A stretch of DNA of 63,975 bases, filler included, from Lenisia limosa (taxonomy: Eukaryota; Protista; Breviatea), in the NCBI GenBank assembly GCA_001655205.1. It is 15 parts of 15 records of this genome, joined end to end, with 100 filler letters (N's around TTAATTAATTAA, not from the genome) between each part and the next. Parts side by side here need not be neighbours in the genome. Positions count along the whole stretch, not along the records: positions 11,646 to 17,523 come from LPNZ01005332.1; positions 17,624 to 19,456 come from LPNZ01003736.1; positions 19,557 to 21,515 come from LPNZ01009338.1; positions 21,616 to 25,188 come from LPNZ01006953.1; positions 25,289 to 26,676 come from LPNZ01003903.1; 10 more parts are not named here. One strand, written 5' to 3'. Every line of letters starts with the position of its first letter. Positions within the stretch are counted from its first letter, which is position 1. Of the stretch, positions 12,344-25,769 are shown piece after piece. The notes below the pieces were generated by a model that worked only from the letters and a program-made list of their open reading frames with translations, was not told where the DNA came from and searched no databases. The position numbers were made by a program, and so were the translations under genes.

Positions 12344-14160
12344 CATGTATTCACTCGAGGACATCAAGCTGTCACTAGTGGTAAGCTGCTCTTTCACAAA
12401 TTAATTTCTAACTCTATTCAGGAATCATCGATCAAAACTTAGCGTTTGTCTTTCTTTAGATGTTTTACAGCATTTTCGGAAGGAACCACAGACTTTTCCA
12501 ATCCCTTGAAGGAAGCTGTCCTTTTGCAGATGTCTCTTTTTATCATTTACATTCGGAAGCTGGGTAACGTAACGCATTATGAGATTTCAGTGAAAAAAAA
12601 AATATTCTGATCTTGGCCTTTCTGTCACTTTCTTTTTTTTACTGATCAGGTAGCTGAAGCAATTCAGTACGTCTTCGCTTCGCCAAGTGACTCCGACGGA
12701 ATCTGTGGTGAGCTTGTCTTTTCGCCATTGGCTGATCCGATGTTTCAAGGCACCTTCAACGAGGCTATCAAGGACAGCAATAATGCCTACTAACCCAGAG
12801 AGCTGTCTCAAGTTCGCGATGGTCTTTTCGACAAAGACAATGAGACAACTCTCGGAAGCACCCCCCTCTCCTCAATTGGTGGCCTGGATTTTAACAAGAA
12901 TGGTGGGTAATATCCTTTTAAGACCTACCGTAACATTTTTTTTAGGACAGGCTATTGTGTTCTCGTCTGGAGGAAGCAAGAAGGTGAAGGTGGAGAAGCC
13001 TCGTACAAAGGTTGTCATTGTTGCCCTTAGTGAAAAAATGTCTCAGAGGTGTTTTGCGTCGAAAACTGGGACTGTTTCTCGTTTCTTCCTTCATACTCAT
13101 CTTAAGTGGCCTCCGGGAACCTACAGCATATCTGACGATGACTACGACAAGCAGACGCAAGAAGAAGCACGCCATTGTTAACCCGACCTACGACTGCCTC
13201 AATGACAATGAGAACCACCAAATGTCGAACTCTTTGGTTGGCATTCCTGAAATACCTGAACCTATGGATCTGCTGAAGTTGGTATTGTTGTTGATGAAGA
13301 AGAGGAAGCGGGGGAGGAAGCGGCTGAAACGAAGGAACTTGATGAGGCAGAGGGTTCAGAAGCGGAAGCGACGGAGACGGAATTGTTCATATCAACTTTG
13401 ACGCACCTCTTCCTGCTACTGCAATTGGCCAGCCCCTATTTCTCATGTTTCTGTGTTCTAATTATTTACTATTTTGTAATTTTATTGTTTTATTGTGTCT
13501 TTTTGTATATTACTGGTTCATGCATCTTTTTTTTTTTTGTACCAGTATACAGTGGTTTTTCTGGGAGTGTGTTTTCCTGGCAGTGGTTTTCCTGGCGGTG
13601 TGAGTGGTTTTTATTGGCCCTAACAGTTTTCTCGGAAGTTTCTTGCCTTCATGGAAACAGACACCCCCGACCAAATCTCGCCACCTGGATGGATATCATT
13701 CCTGAGCGGTTTGTTAGCCGTGATTTAAATTGACCTTTAAAGGCAAACACATCGGGCACCAACCTCCCATCGTTCATCCAAAGCCTGTTCCATTGTCAAG
13801 GTAATCGGCCAATGGAGTTCAAGGATGTTGCTGACCGCATGTTCGCGAATGACGAGGACTTTGAGGCCTTCCTGGAAGAGCGGCACGCCAGGTTTGCAGT
13901 GGCATAGTTTGGAAGTTGACTATGAAATCTAAACAATTCTCGGAAACGTAGGAAAGAAAACGTGACCAGGGTGTGCACGAAGTTTTGACCGGTTGATCTC
14001 TTTGACGGTAACTATGATTACCCTTCTTGACGATGTTGACTCTTCAGAACATCCTGTGAAGTGCAACCTTCCAAACTCACCGCAATCGAACATGGTTGTC
14101 CTGCCCCTGAAAACACTTCAAGAAAACTCGAAGCACGGTCGGTTACTGAATTGCACTTGA
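12344..14160 (+). pseudogene. Decayed coding sequence of unknown family with an acidic tract
   Basis: Protein-like frames (VAEAIQYVFASPSDSDGICGELVF..NNAY*PRELSQVRDGLFDKDNE..; GQAIVFSSGGSKKVKVEKPRTK..; DEEEEAGEEAAETKELDEAEG..; MEFKDVADRMFANDEDFEAFLEERH..) broken by in-frame stops and frame changes. Confidence 0.4.
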
Positions 14161-14499
14161 TATAATCTCATCTAAGGTAATAGATTGTCCCTATGCGGTT
14201 TAACGATATCGATATATCACCAAGAGCATACTATTGGAGTTTTTGACATACATATTCTGACGAATCAACACAGCAGTCACAAAGACCAGGTTTCCGCAAT
14301 AATCACAAGAATAGATTGTCAAAGAATAGCTGAATTGTAAGTAGATGGATGTGTAAATACAAAAAAAACACATTTAATAATATAGGGCACACCAATATCA
14401 TAATCTCTACTAATATCATTGTAACCTCTGCATATGCATATGATATACTAATATGATATTGTTACAAAAATGTCCATCTGCCCCACCAACCACTCCAAA

Positions 14500-15935
14500 C
14501 ACCAGGGTGAGGAGACAAGAGAAAAGCGTCCATGACTCAAGCCGGTTCAGGTCGGGGTGAACGGTAGGGTCGATGAAGGGAGTGGATGTAGAGGCTCACA
14601 AGGAACACTATGAGGATGGAGGATGCCAAGAGAAGAGAACGACTGGGAGTTAAATGGAGAAGACAAATGTAGAAGCAAACATGAAACACTGTACATTTGT
14701 ACTGATACAATCATGTTCATTCTACTGATAAAAAACAATTCTTTTAGTACAACAATAGAAAGTCATTTCATATTTGTACTGTGAGAAAACGTTAATTCCG
14801 CCCTGCGCGGGATCTCAAAACCCCTATATAAAAAATCATAGGCGTAGAACTATCTATCCATTATTGCGATATATACATAAATCCTGTAGAAGTACCATCC
14901 TCCTTCCCCCTACGAGTCGACAAAAGTCAGGCAAATTACGAACGAGATTGACCGCAGCATTACGACCAACTCCCACATATAGAGCCTCTCTTGGAACTGT
15001 GTGTAGAGGAATCCGTATCTAAAGCAGTTTAGTGAGTTGAAATTATATGGCTAAAAATTCGATAATACTGGTAAAACTATCCAGAAAGGATTAGAATCGT
15101 GTTTACCATTCATATATCTATCCCTATATGAATAAATATGTATTTTCTCCCAAATAAGCCCATTTCTGCGCACCCATCCTCAAGGGTTCAGTCCTTTTTT
15201 GATTTTGCAAAAAAAAATGACAAAATTGTGTAAGTAATTAAAATGACCTTCCGGGATACCCTTTTTCATTAGATTCCTCCAGCTTGTCAAGCCAAAGAAT
15301 GAGAAGAACGGAGAAGAAGGAAGATAAGGGAAAAGTGAAGACAGAAGTCGAAGAGAAAGCAGTTGTTGAACCTGAGGAGGTATGACGATTACCTATTTGT
15401 CAGATTAATATTCGTGGGTTGAATTGGACTCCCCAGACCCCCCCATCTCCCATCTGACAATTCATGGTACGACGGAATCCGCTTCCGAGAATATAACAAC
15501 TGTTGACCCAGGATTGAGGGCGACGTTCTATTGTTATTGGTTATTGATAGGGTTTTTTATTTCACAGTTTAAATGAGTCCAGAACGGTTTTGAAGCTCAT
15601 TCTCGGTTGAAATAGAACTTTGAAAAGTAAGACACGAGGGGGGAATAATCCCAGTAGTTTTTTTTTTCTTTTTGCGGGAGATTGATAGAGGTAGCTACTC
15701 TCGAGTGGCCTGCTAAAATTATACACAGGATGTTTTCAATAACACCCCGCTGTACTGCTACAGTTTGCAATGGCTGGTGTTGCCCCAAAACACCCAGGCT
15801 GCGGCGTTGGGTCGCTTCAAACGACGGTAATATCATAATCCACTTACATAACCCTGAAGGATGCTCCCTTGCCTCCACCCCGAGTAGAATGGTGGAAAAA
15901 AGGCCAGGTTTATGGAAGTATGTAGTCACTATGTA
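14500..15935 (+). pseudogene. Scattered exon-like remnants with stops
   Basis: Purine-rich AG/GT-bounded segments (e.g. RTEKKEDKGKVKTEVEEKAVVEPEE|GTATGA at about 15290-15379); neighbouring segments contain stops in all frames. Confidence 0.3.
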
Positions 15936-16991
15936 ATAGAATTTTTAGTGTTCATATCATTTTGACGTTGCATCTCGACATATTTCAGGAATGAAGAATA
16001 TTAGTAGGACAGGTCCGTTTTTATTTGTTGTAGTTTACGAGCAAATATCGGCAATGGCTATCGTCGACAAGTCAGAGTTGACAAGTAATTAAAATGACCC
16101 TTCGGGATAATTTCTCAGTGTAGTTTTCCATATAAAACAGTACAGACTTGGTTGTGCGTAGTCACAATAGTTATTTAAATTCCTCAAAAATTTCTATTTT
16201 AAAGATGAAACTCCNNNNNNNNNNNNNNNNNNNNNNNNNNNNNNNNNNNNNNNNNNNNNNNNNNNNNNNNNNNNNNNNNNNNNNNNNNNNNNNNNNNNNN
16301 NNNNNNNNNNNNNNNNNNNNNNNNNNNNNNNNNNNNNNNNNNNNNNNNNNNNNNNNNNNNNNNNTTTATTATTAAGGTGGTTCAGTCTTTTTTTTATTAC
16401 TTTGCCAAAAAAAGGAAAATTTACGTAATAAAATGATCCTTTGGTAATCATGATTAAAAGAAGGAAGTTTCAATGAAGAGTACTAGCGTAAAGGTACTAA
16501 TCATAAACTGAATAATCTGAAAAGAAACAGAAAGCTTAAATCTCTGATGGCTGAAAAGTTGACAAACAAGTCCAGGCCAAGTGCATACCCTGGGTTTATA
16601 GTCAACGAGAAACGCTGGGCCAAGCAGGAGTGAATAAGATCCTCAGTTTCCTCGTCGGCACGAGCAAAGGCGGCAACAGCGTCTCCACCCTCTCATGTCT
16701 TTTTAACAAAATAAAAAAAACACCATTTAAAAACCGTGAAAAAGCGCATCCAAACGATGTGATTTCCGAACAAGCAGATTACTACTTTTTCATCATATCT
16801 GATTTCAGAGGTGTAGGGCAGGTTTAATTGGGTTGGCCCATAAAATGGACCAATCTATATGCTGAAAATAAGAAATTTAGTGAAATTCACACTTAGGGTG
16901 GTAGTTCCATGTTGGTTATCTTATTACATACGCTTCACTTCCATTATTCATTCCCAGAAATCGACAGATGAGCCAGTTTAACGATAAATAT

Positions 16992-17228
16992 TAGGGCACC
17001 TTGCAATTAATTGAAAATTATTGCGTAAAATAAGTTGCTATCTTTTGTGGAAAATCAGATTATCCAACATTATTTTGAAAAAAAAAAACTATTGAGTGGT
17101 TTTTGATAACTGGTACCCAACCAAAAATACGGAAGTTTATTTCTCTGTTTTATTACATTTTCAACTAATTGCTAGTTATTTGCGATGGTCAGGCAATTAA
17201 TTGAAAACATTAATTGCAGGGAGCCCGA
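16992..17228. mobile_element. hAT-like MITE with TAGGGCACCTTGCAATTAAT-type TIR
   Basis: Right end ATTAATTGCAGGGAGCCCGA is an imperfect inverted repeat of the left end; 8-bp flanks ATAAATAT / GTAAAAAT match at 6/8. Confidence 0.6.
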
Positions 17229-18163
17229 GTAAAAATGCATGTATCAACTTTCCAAGAGTTTACCTGGTCAGGGTTAAAGAGCTTTGAGAACAATACTGTA
17301 AAATAAATCCGCTCAGAGACTTACGGGGAGACACTAAAGTACTAATCTGTACCATAAACTGCTAAGAGAGGTGAGGAGGGGGTAAGGGGCGAGTTACTCA
17401 ATGGAAAAGGACAATGAAAACACTAATCACTTCCTGAATACCTCTTATACTCTTAAATGTGCTTCTATTATTAACTAATGCAAAACTAGAAAAAGAGGAA
17501 AAATAAATTGAGAATTCTCCGAANNNNNNNNNNNNNNNNNNNNNNNNNNNNNNNNNNNNNNNNNNNNTTAATTAATTAANNNNNNNNNNNNNNNNNNNNN
17601 NNNNNNNNNNNNNNNNNNNNNNNCCTCCCAAGACTTTTGGGGTACAAAGAGGACGTCCAAGCAAAAGGGAAGCTACTTAGAGTTCAGTTCATTTCAAAAA
17701 TCCGTGATCAAAAAAAACTTTTGAAAATGACTTCAATGTGTAATTTGCTATTTATTAGGATAAAATTCATACCTATTAAGCGAAGTTGTGGCCCAGTAAC
17801 CACGAAAACAGGCCTATTTCATAACCGTCACAATTTATGTGCGGCAGCATATTGTATACAATATGGTACAAAATTAACTCATTTGTGTATTAGAAAAATA
17901 TATCAAGAGTTAAATTAGCTTGAAACAGAAAAGTGGAAAGTAAGCAACTATGCTGTCCGTCAAAACTAGAAAAGCTTACATAGTACATATATTACAAATA
18001 AAACAGCATCTTTGTGCTTATCCTCTTGATTATCTCGAAATATAAAGAGGACGGGTGGGTGAGTCAACTCACCGAGTCAGATCACTTTTGTAAAAAGAAT
18101 CAAAAAAAATGAAATATTTGCACTCGTGAAGTATTCCTCTCAACGCAACTTTACAATGTTCAG

Positions 18164-18967
<804 letters not shown>

Positions 18968-19642
18968 GTTGTCATTTTTGCTTCGCCTATATCATACTTT
19001 ATTTATCAAGGTGCAATAAAAAGTGCAGTATCACAATATTCTCCTTGACAGTGTTTCCTTCTGAAGACATTTTACAGTTCACAAGGGGGTGGATGAGAAA
19101 GTTTCTTCCTTAAGAGGACAAGTCCCGGAATTGTTCTGGTGTGCTCCTACTCTCAATTAAAGCAAGATGCTCTTTTTGCTGCCATCAGTAGAAGCTCAAG
19201 CCAGTGACAAATACGGCTGATTATTCCTTGCTGGGATACACATGTCAAACAATAATTATTTTATATTGAACTCAAGCAACAAAAATATAGCCAGAACCAA
19301 CAATCCCCCCATCATGATCTTGTCACGGTCGCTAGGTGTAGGTACTGCAGTTGACACTTGCCTCTTTGACCTCCGTTTCTTCAGAGTGAGGTTATCATCC
19401 TGAGCGGAAATGCATCAAGGGGAAGATGTACAATGGCCTAGTTACCGAATTTGGTGNNNNNNNNNNNNNNNNNNNNNNNNNNNNNNNNNNNNNNNNNNNN
19501 TTAATTAATTAANNNNNNNNNNNNNNNNNNNNNNNNNNNNNNNNNNNNNNNNNNNNAAGTATACAAAAAAGGTTGTATCTGGGGGTAATATATTGTATAG
19601 TACACTCCACCCTTGTGGTGTATGGCCTAAAACAGCGATACC

Positions 19643-19742
19643 TAGGGCTTCACTTCGGTTCGAACAAAACCAGTAAAATATGGATAGTTTTCGAGGATTT
19701 ATTGAGAAATTCTATATTTTTTTGAGCCGAAGTGAAGCATTA
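19643..19742. mobile_element. hAT-type MITE family B copy
   Basis: TAGGGCTTCACTTCGGTTCGAA...CCGAAGTGAAGCATTA; flanks GCGATACC / GCTATACG (6/8). Confidence 0.85.
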
Positions 19743-20569
19743 GCTATACGCCTACCTCGGTCGTATATGGCCTAAAACGGCTGTGGACACTGGCCCGCTG
19801 GCCACGCCTATTTGCAGCTGAATGGAGGGCCCGCTTTTGATGGTGTTGAAGAGTGATACTGACTNNNNNNNNNNNNNNNNNNNNNNNNNNNNNNNNNNNN
19901 NNNNNNNNNNNNNNNNNNNNNNNNNNNNNNNNNNNNNNNNNNNNNNNNNNNNNNNNNNNNNNNNNNNNNNNNNNNNNNNNNNNNNNNNNNNNNNNNNNTC
20001 CGTATACGTATAATTGAATTATGGACGGCTATTTTTAATCTTGGACAGGGTGGTTGAAACACCTATGAATCGTGTAATCAATTTAATTATAACTCAAAGC
20101 ATATCTACGATTTCCTTTGTTATACAATTCATGAGTGTATCTGGGTATCCAGGTTATTGCTATATGTAATACACCTATTTGAACACTCATAGGCAAATGA
20201 TTGGGTGAATTAATATGACACTAAAATTCAATTATACGCGTGATGGTATGGACGNNNNNNNNNNNNNNNNNNNNNNNNNNNNNNNNNNNNNNNNNNNNNN
20301 NNNNNNNNNNNNNNNNNNNNNNNNNNNNNNNNNNNNNNNNNNNNNNNNNNNNNNNNNNNNNNNNNNNNNNNNNNNNNNNNNNNNNNNNNNNNNNNNNNNN
20401 NNNNNNNNNNNNNNNNNNNNNNNNNNNNNNNNNNNNNNNNNNNNNNNNNNNNNNNNNNNNNNNNNNNNNNNNNNNNNNNNNNNNNNNNNNNNNNNNNNNN
20501 NNNNNNNNNNNNNNNNNNNNNNNNNNNNNNNNNNNNNNNNNNNNNNNNNNNNNNNNNNNNAGATGCCAT

Positions 20570-21415
20570 ACCCGGGAGTCCTGAGGGGAGTAAGACAACA
20601 AGGTTGTATCTGGCTGAAGCCGTCCACACCATCACGTTTATATAGAGATTGGATTTGAGCAATAATATAAAGAATTGTTGAGGAATGAAAAGTTCATGAC
20701 CTTACCCCCCGTACCTCCTAGTACTACGAGAGAGTCACTGAAAGTCGACCATGAATAGAGGCTAGGGTATTTGGACTGGCAGCTAAGGGGGGAGTAACGA
20801 AGGAAATTTCAATGAAGAATATTGGCGTGAAGGTAAGAAAATTGGAAAATTTATGAAACACAAAAAAAAAGCCTGAAATCAACTCTGTTGGCTGACAACA
20901 CACGAGGATTGATAACAACACAACAAACAATGCCCAAAGCCAGTCGCTTCTGCAGCCCCGCATCCCNNNNNNNNNNNNNNNNNNNNNNNNNNNNNNNNNN
21001 NNNNNNNNNNNNNNNNNNNNNNNNNNNNNNNNNNNNNNNNNNNNNNNNNNNNNNNNNNNNNNNNNNNNNCGTGAGGGGGGGGGGGGATAAAATGAAGGAA
21101 ATTTCGATGAAGGTACAAATGTAAAATTTTTGAAGCAAACAACACCAAGAATCAACTCTTTTAGCTAGTATTTGGGATAGGGGTTAAAAACAAAACGAAA
21201 CAAACAAAGCCCAGGACACTCCAGCGTACGTGATAATATTCGAAAACACAAACAAGAAANNNNNNNNNNNNNNNNNNNNNNNNNNNNNNNNNNNNNNNNN
21301 NNNNNNNNNNNNNNNNNNNNNNNNNNNNNNNNNNNNNCAACGTTCGAGCCAACTCCAGGGTTTCTTCGGGTGGTAATTCGCGGGACACTTTAAAGAAGTT
21401 CGTTAAGTGAATCTG
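20570..21415 (-). CDS. Internal exons of an unknown minus-strand gene
   Basis: Exon about 20782-20715 (CQSKYPSLYSWSTFSDSLVVLG; TTACTCCCCCCTTAG acceptor, GTACGGGGGG donor); exon starting about 20581 (TTACTCCCCTCAG acceptor); exon IHLTNFFKVSRELPPEETLELARTL about 21412-21338. Confidence 0.45.
20783..20966 (-). repeat. Intronic repeat C followed by repeat D, ending at a 3' splice site
   Basis: Minus strand GGGATGCGG..CTGCAGAAGCGACTGGC..TTGTTATCAATCCTCGTGTGTTGTCAGCCAACAGAGTTGATTT..TTTCATAAATTTTCCAATTTT then ACCTTCACGCCAATATTCTTCATTGAAATTTCCTTCGTTACTCCCCCCTTAG. Confidence 0.85.
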
Positions 21416-21875
21416 AAAAGTCAACTAAAGTATTTGCGTTTGGGGAGGCACGCAGAAAGTTGTGTGCACAGAGTTATAAGGTGAATTAATATTATACTAT
21501 AATCCAATATCTCTANNNNNNNNNNNNNNNNNNNNNNNNNNNNNNNNNNNNNNNNNNNNTTAATTAATTAANNNNNNNNNNNNNNNNNNNNNNNNNNNNN
21601 NNNNNNNNNNNNNNNTATATATACATTAATTAGAGAAGAGAAATATAAAAAAAGGGGCTATATCTGGCCGAAGCCGTCCACACCATCACACTTATAAGAT
21701 ATCATACTGCTATTGGATATTGGATTAGAAAAATATTAATTCACCCCATCATTTGCCCTCCCCCCTATACTCGGGATTGACATGGATCCGATAATCACCA
21801 TCAGAAGACACGGAGGGGATGGAACACCTGTAAATTAGAAGCTGTTCGACTCTGGGACGAATAAGGGGTTACCAA

Positions 21876-21975
21876 TAGGGCTTCACTTCGAATCGAAAAA
21901 GATCGGTAAAATATCGATAGTTTTCGAGTATTTATCGAGAAATTCCGTCTTTTTTCGATCCGAAGTGAAGACCTG
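21876..21975. mobile_element. hAT-type MITE family B copy
   Basis: TIRs TAGGGCTTCACTTCG / CGAAGTGAAGACCTG; TSD GTTACCAA / GTTGCCAA (7/8). Confidence 0.9.
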
Positions 21976-22734
21976 GTTGCCAACGAAAATAATGCTGGGG
22001 GTTTGGGTGATAGAGGAGAACATAATATATTCATCAACAACGGCGAGCCACGTTAGTAGATGAACCAAAATGATGTCACATGCGTGGAATCACAACTAAC
22101 ACTCACAGCCAACAACTCAAACTAACACTCAAAACCAACAACTCAAACTCACACTTAGCACAAACAACTAGTTTACAGAAAACAATGCACGAGTCTTCCT
22201 ACTTTATAATATTGGCTGCAAGAATCTCAGTTTTGACTGAAAAAGCCTCGGTGCTATTCCTGAAATGTCAAAATTCCAACTTCGAAGGAGGCATCAGAAG
22301 CCGTGCGACACAGCCGTCTAATTTTAAGGTATATCAATGTTGTAGTTTGTTTCCCAAGATTTTACGGGGCGGGAACATACATTAAGAGGCCGTTTTTTTT
22401 TAAAAAAAAACAACGTTTTACTATTTGTACGAATCATATAATATAAAATATGAAATACTACTAGTAGTACTTAANNNNNNNNNNNNNNNNNNNNNNNNNN
22501 NNNNNNNNNNNNNNNNNNNNNNNNNNNNNNNNNNNNNNNNNNNNNNNNNNNNNNNNNNNNNNNNNNNNNNNNNNNNNNNNNNNNNNNNNNNNNNNNNNNN
22601 NNNNNNNNNNNTTGTAATGTCAGCCAACAGTGTTGATTAAAGTCTGGATTCCAACAACAGAAAAAAATGTATAAACTGAGTAATCTGACTCTATTGGCTT
22701 GAAATACAGAGGGTTGAAATCAACAAAACAAATA

Positions 22735-24130
22735 ACCCAGGCCCCAGAGGTCACTCCAGGGGTAAAAAAGAAGGGAGCAGGGTCTTTTCTGAGTCAAAGT
22801 GAAGCGTACAAGAGGGGCAGCGAAAATGTCTGACGAGGTAATGACAATGGCGTCTTCACTCGAATTCGAATTGGTGTTCCTGGGGGGGGGGGGGGNNNNN
22901 NNNNNNNNNNNNNNNNNNNNNNNNNNNNNNNNNNNNNNNNNNNNNNNNNNNNNNNNNNNNNNNNNNNNNNNNNNNNNNNNNNNNNCATAAATTGGACTTA
23001 AACAACGAGAAAACGCTGGTCCAGTCCAAAGAGACGACCCCTGACCTCACTCTTTGGAAAATCTGAGGCAAAATCGAGAAAATATCTCCAATCACCCTCT
23101 CCCCAGGTTTAAATAAAGCTGATAAAAACTGCTTACGCTTGGCTTGGAACGACAAGATGGATGTCGGGGTTATTGAGCGTCACGGCCACATCAGTTCCGT
23201 TACTGGGGCTGAAAAGACGGACAACGGTGGAGGTCTCGAAATCTACGTACGGGATACCGACGTAGGTCATCTGAGGGTGTTAGAGTGTTTTAGGGATACT
23301 AGTAATGGTCTTGTCATCAATAAATGCATGTTAGTGTGTTGACATATCGAGTATTCTTGTGTTAGTGCACGATGCTAGTGTATAGCATATCTAATATTTT
23401 CTGTTTTGAAAAAAGCTTGGGTTTGTTTGAGGCTTGATTAAGTCCATCAATAAAAACCCTCTTTAATACGATATCATTCAGCAGCACCGTGGGGGTAATT
23501 GGAAAATTTATGAAACAAAAACAAAAGGCCCAAAAGCCCAAATCAACTCTGTTGACAGAACACAAGGGTTGATAACAAAGCCCAGGCCAGTCGCTACTCC
23601 ATCCAGTGTACGGGATGTGTGAACCAAGCGAGGCCAATAATTCACATTTATCCTCACCTCTCGTTGAACAATGAAAAAGGCAAGAGTATCAAACGCAGAT
23701 GTATGATGATGCAGTGTTAATCCAGGGAACATCCCTAATTCAACTCTTAAACTAATCTTGAAAGGAAAAAAAGGGATTGTTCCTCATTCAAGAGCTCAGA
23801 CTAAACCTCCTCGCAATCGATAAATGCCATCTTTAATTTACTATCATCGTTTCTAAAGCCAGATCCGATCGGACCAACTCGATCATCAGCTGTCATCCAT
23901 TTGGTCAGTGACTGGGAACACCAAACGAACCGTAGTTGAACAGGGTACGCTGGAAATCACGTTGGTTCCTGTACTATCCCTCCAATAGCACTGAAAGGTG
24001 AGAGGAGAGGGAAAAGATCTCAAAATAGCCGAGAGGATATCAGTGTTGAAGAGAGCCTCGCTGCGAACCGTTCCAATTTCATCGCTGGTTACTTGTACAA
24101 AGCCTCGTGGTGTGGATTCATTCGGCTGAA
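22735..24130 (-). CDS. Exon-like segments of an unknown minus-strand gene
   Basis: MTYVGIPYVDFETSTVVRLFSPSNGTDVAVTLNNPDIHLVVPSQ (about 23262-23130, GTAAGC donor); NTNSNSSEDAIVITSSDIFAAPLVRF (poly-C acceptor about 22881). Phases not fully reconciled. Confidence 0.4.
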
Positions 24131-24510
24131 CATTGTTAGAAACCAAGCGAAGGGAAAAAGGAGACCTACCTCAACAACAAATATTGCTGAAACTGCGGTA
24201 AAAAGCAGCAAAAAGCTTATGAGTACTTTCAGGCTCATTCTTAATCACTCTATATACATCTGCTTCGAAAAACACCTCGCTTCCCGGATAATCAGTGCGA
24301 TATGCAATTATTCCTCAGCTATGATGCTGTATAATACTAATATGATATAATTAAAGGACTGAGTGACCGCTTTTCAAATTTGAAATTTTATTTTATATAC
24401 TACCGGGGTAACCTCGTGGTGCTATAAAAGGTTTTTTGTATTTCCCCTTTTTGCGAATAAAAGTCATAGTTGCTGGTGTTTTATACAGTTTTTTAGAACA
24501 TTTGTGTAAA

Positions 24511-24727
24511 ATGAGAAGGCGAGGGCAGCCTAAACCTTCATGGGATGTAAGTTATCAGCAAGTTCTTGAAACGCTTACCGTGCAGAACTCTATCAGTGAT
24601 CTCAGTGTACATCGTTTAACAAAAGAAGAGCTAGTAAGTCATGTCCCTTATCATTACCTTTCTTCCTCGTCGTTTTCATAACTGTCAGGTCTATCGTAAG
24701 AATCACAAGAAAGCTATTCCAGTTGAG
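24511..24727 (+). CDS. SPICE1-like N-terminal motif protein, partial. Exons 24511-24546, 24586-24633, 24689-24727
   Basis: Removing a GTAAGT..GCAG 39-nt intron gives MRRRGQPKPSWDNSISDLSVHRLTKEELVYRKNHKK, similar from memory to the SPICE1 motif [26 protein letters not shown]. Confidence 0.5.
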
Positions 24728-25769
24728 GTGAGAGGGGCGGCAAGTTGTTTTGATATTCAGGTTTGGAATTGAGGTGGGGTTTTTTGAGGAAAGAAGAGGT
24801 TTTCTTGAGTTGCTGCTTCATATGTCATGTTTGTTCAAATAACAGTTATTTCAGTGTTTTATTATTATTATAATAATTTATGGGAAGTTACTTTGTTATT
24901 ATTGATATTGGATTTGCCTCAGGATTTTGCGCTTCTTCATCGCTAAAAGTTGTATTTACGTAAGTTGGAGTGATGGAATCTATAGTTTTCAATTCTCCTC
25001 TGACTCATTTTTATTATTATTTATTTACTTTGCTCCATATATTCCCTTCGCTTTACCCCCCTCACCGGTTCGTCACTATTTGATACTTTATGTTACCACA
25101 GTGTTTTTTCCTATCTTTGTTTCCCGATTCTAAAAGACTATTTTACCATATGGGGAAGCGATTGGCCCTGGCTTTGTTTGTTTTGTTGNNNNNNNNNNNN
25201 NNNNNNNNNNNNNNNNNNNNNNNNNNNNNNNNTTAATTAATTAANNNNNNNNNNNNNNNNNNNNNNNNNNNNNNNNNNNNNNNNNNNNCGAGACCATAAT
25301 TGTATAGTATTTTACCCTTAGGGCACCACCCCGTGGCGAGCTGACCCATTTATCCTTCATGCTGCTTGCGGGTGGTATGATGTGTGGATCCGGGGTGATC
25401 AGCATCCTTGTTTTTTTTTATGCCCTAGTGTAAATGTGTATCGGAACCCCAGTTGGGAATATCAATTTTTCCTCATTGATGCATTTTCAAGTTCGTTGTT
25501 TCAAAAGAAAAAAAGGTTGTATTTTATTAAGCTGCTGTGTGACTGTTGTGTGCCAATGTCAATCCAATGTTGTACTGACTGTTGTGTGCTGTGCTGATGC
25601 TGATAATGTAATAATGTAATAATATAACATTGTCATGGTACAATGTAAAGTAGTACATACGAAATAACAATACATTACAACATTCACAACTACAACCAGT
25701 GCATCCACCAACCATGCTTAGAAACAGCCACGAAACAACAACAACAATAACCTAACGCACCATATCTTA

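Noticed and set aside
12650-12900. TAA read-through or alternative genetic code, from in-frame TAA codons at about 12790 and 45365
   Set aside because: PRP8, POLD1, EH and the long Cys exon contain no in-frame TAA/TAG; Gln is encoded by CAA/CAG; TAA ends the giant gene at 59936-59938. Local decay is simpler.
20215-20662. Cluster of long ORFs here, and similar X-rich ORFs elsewhere
   Set aside because: They are open only because N gaps contain no stops.
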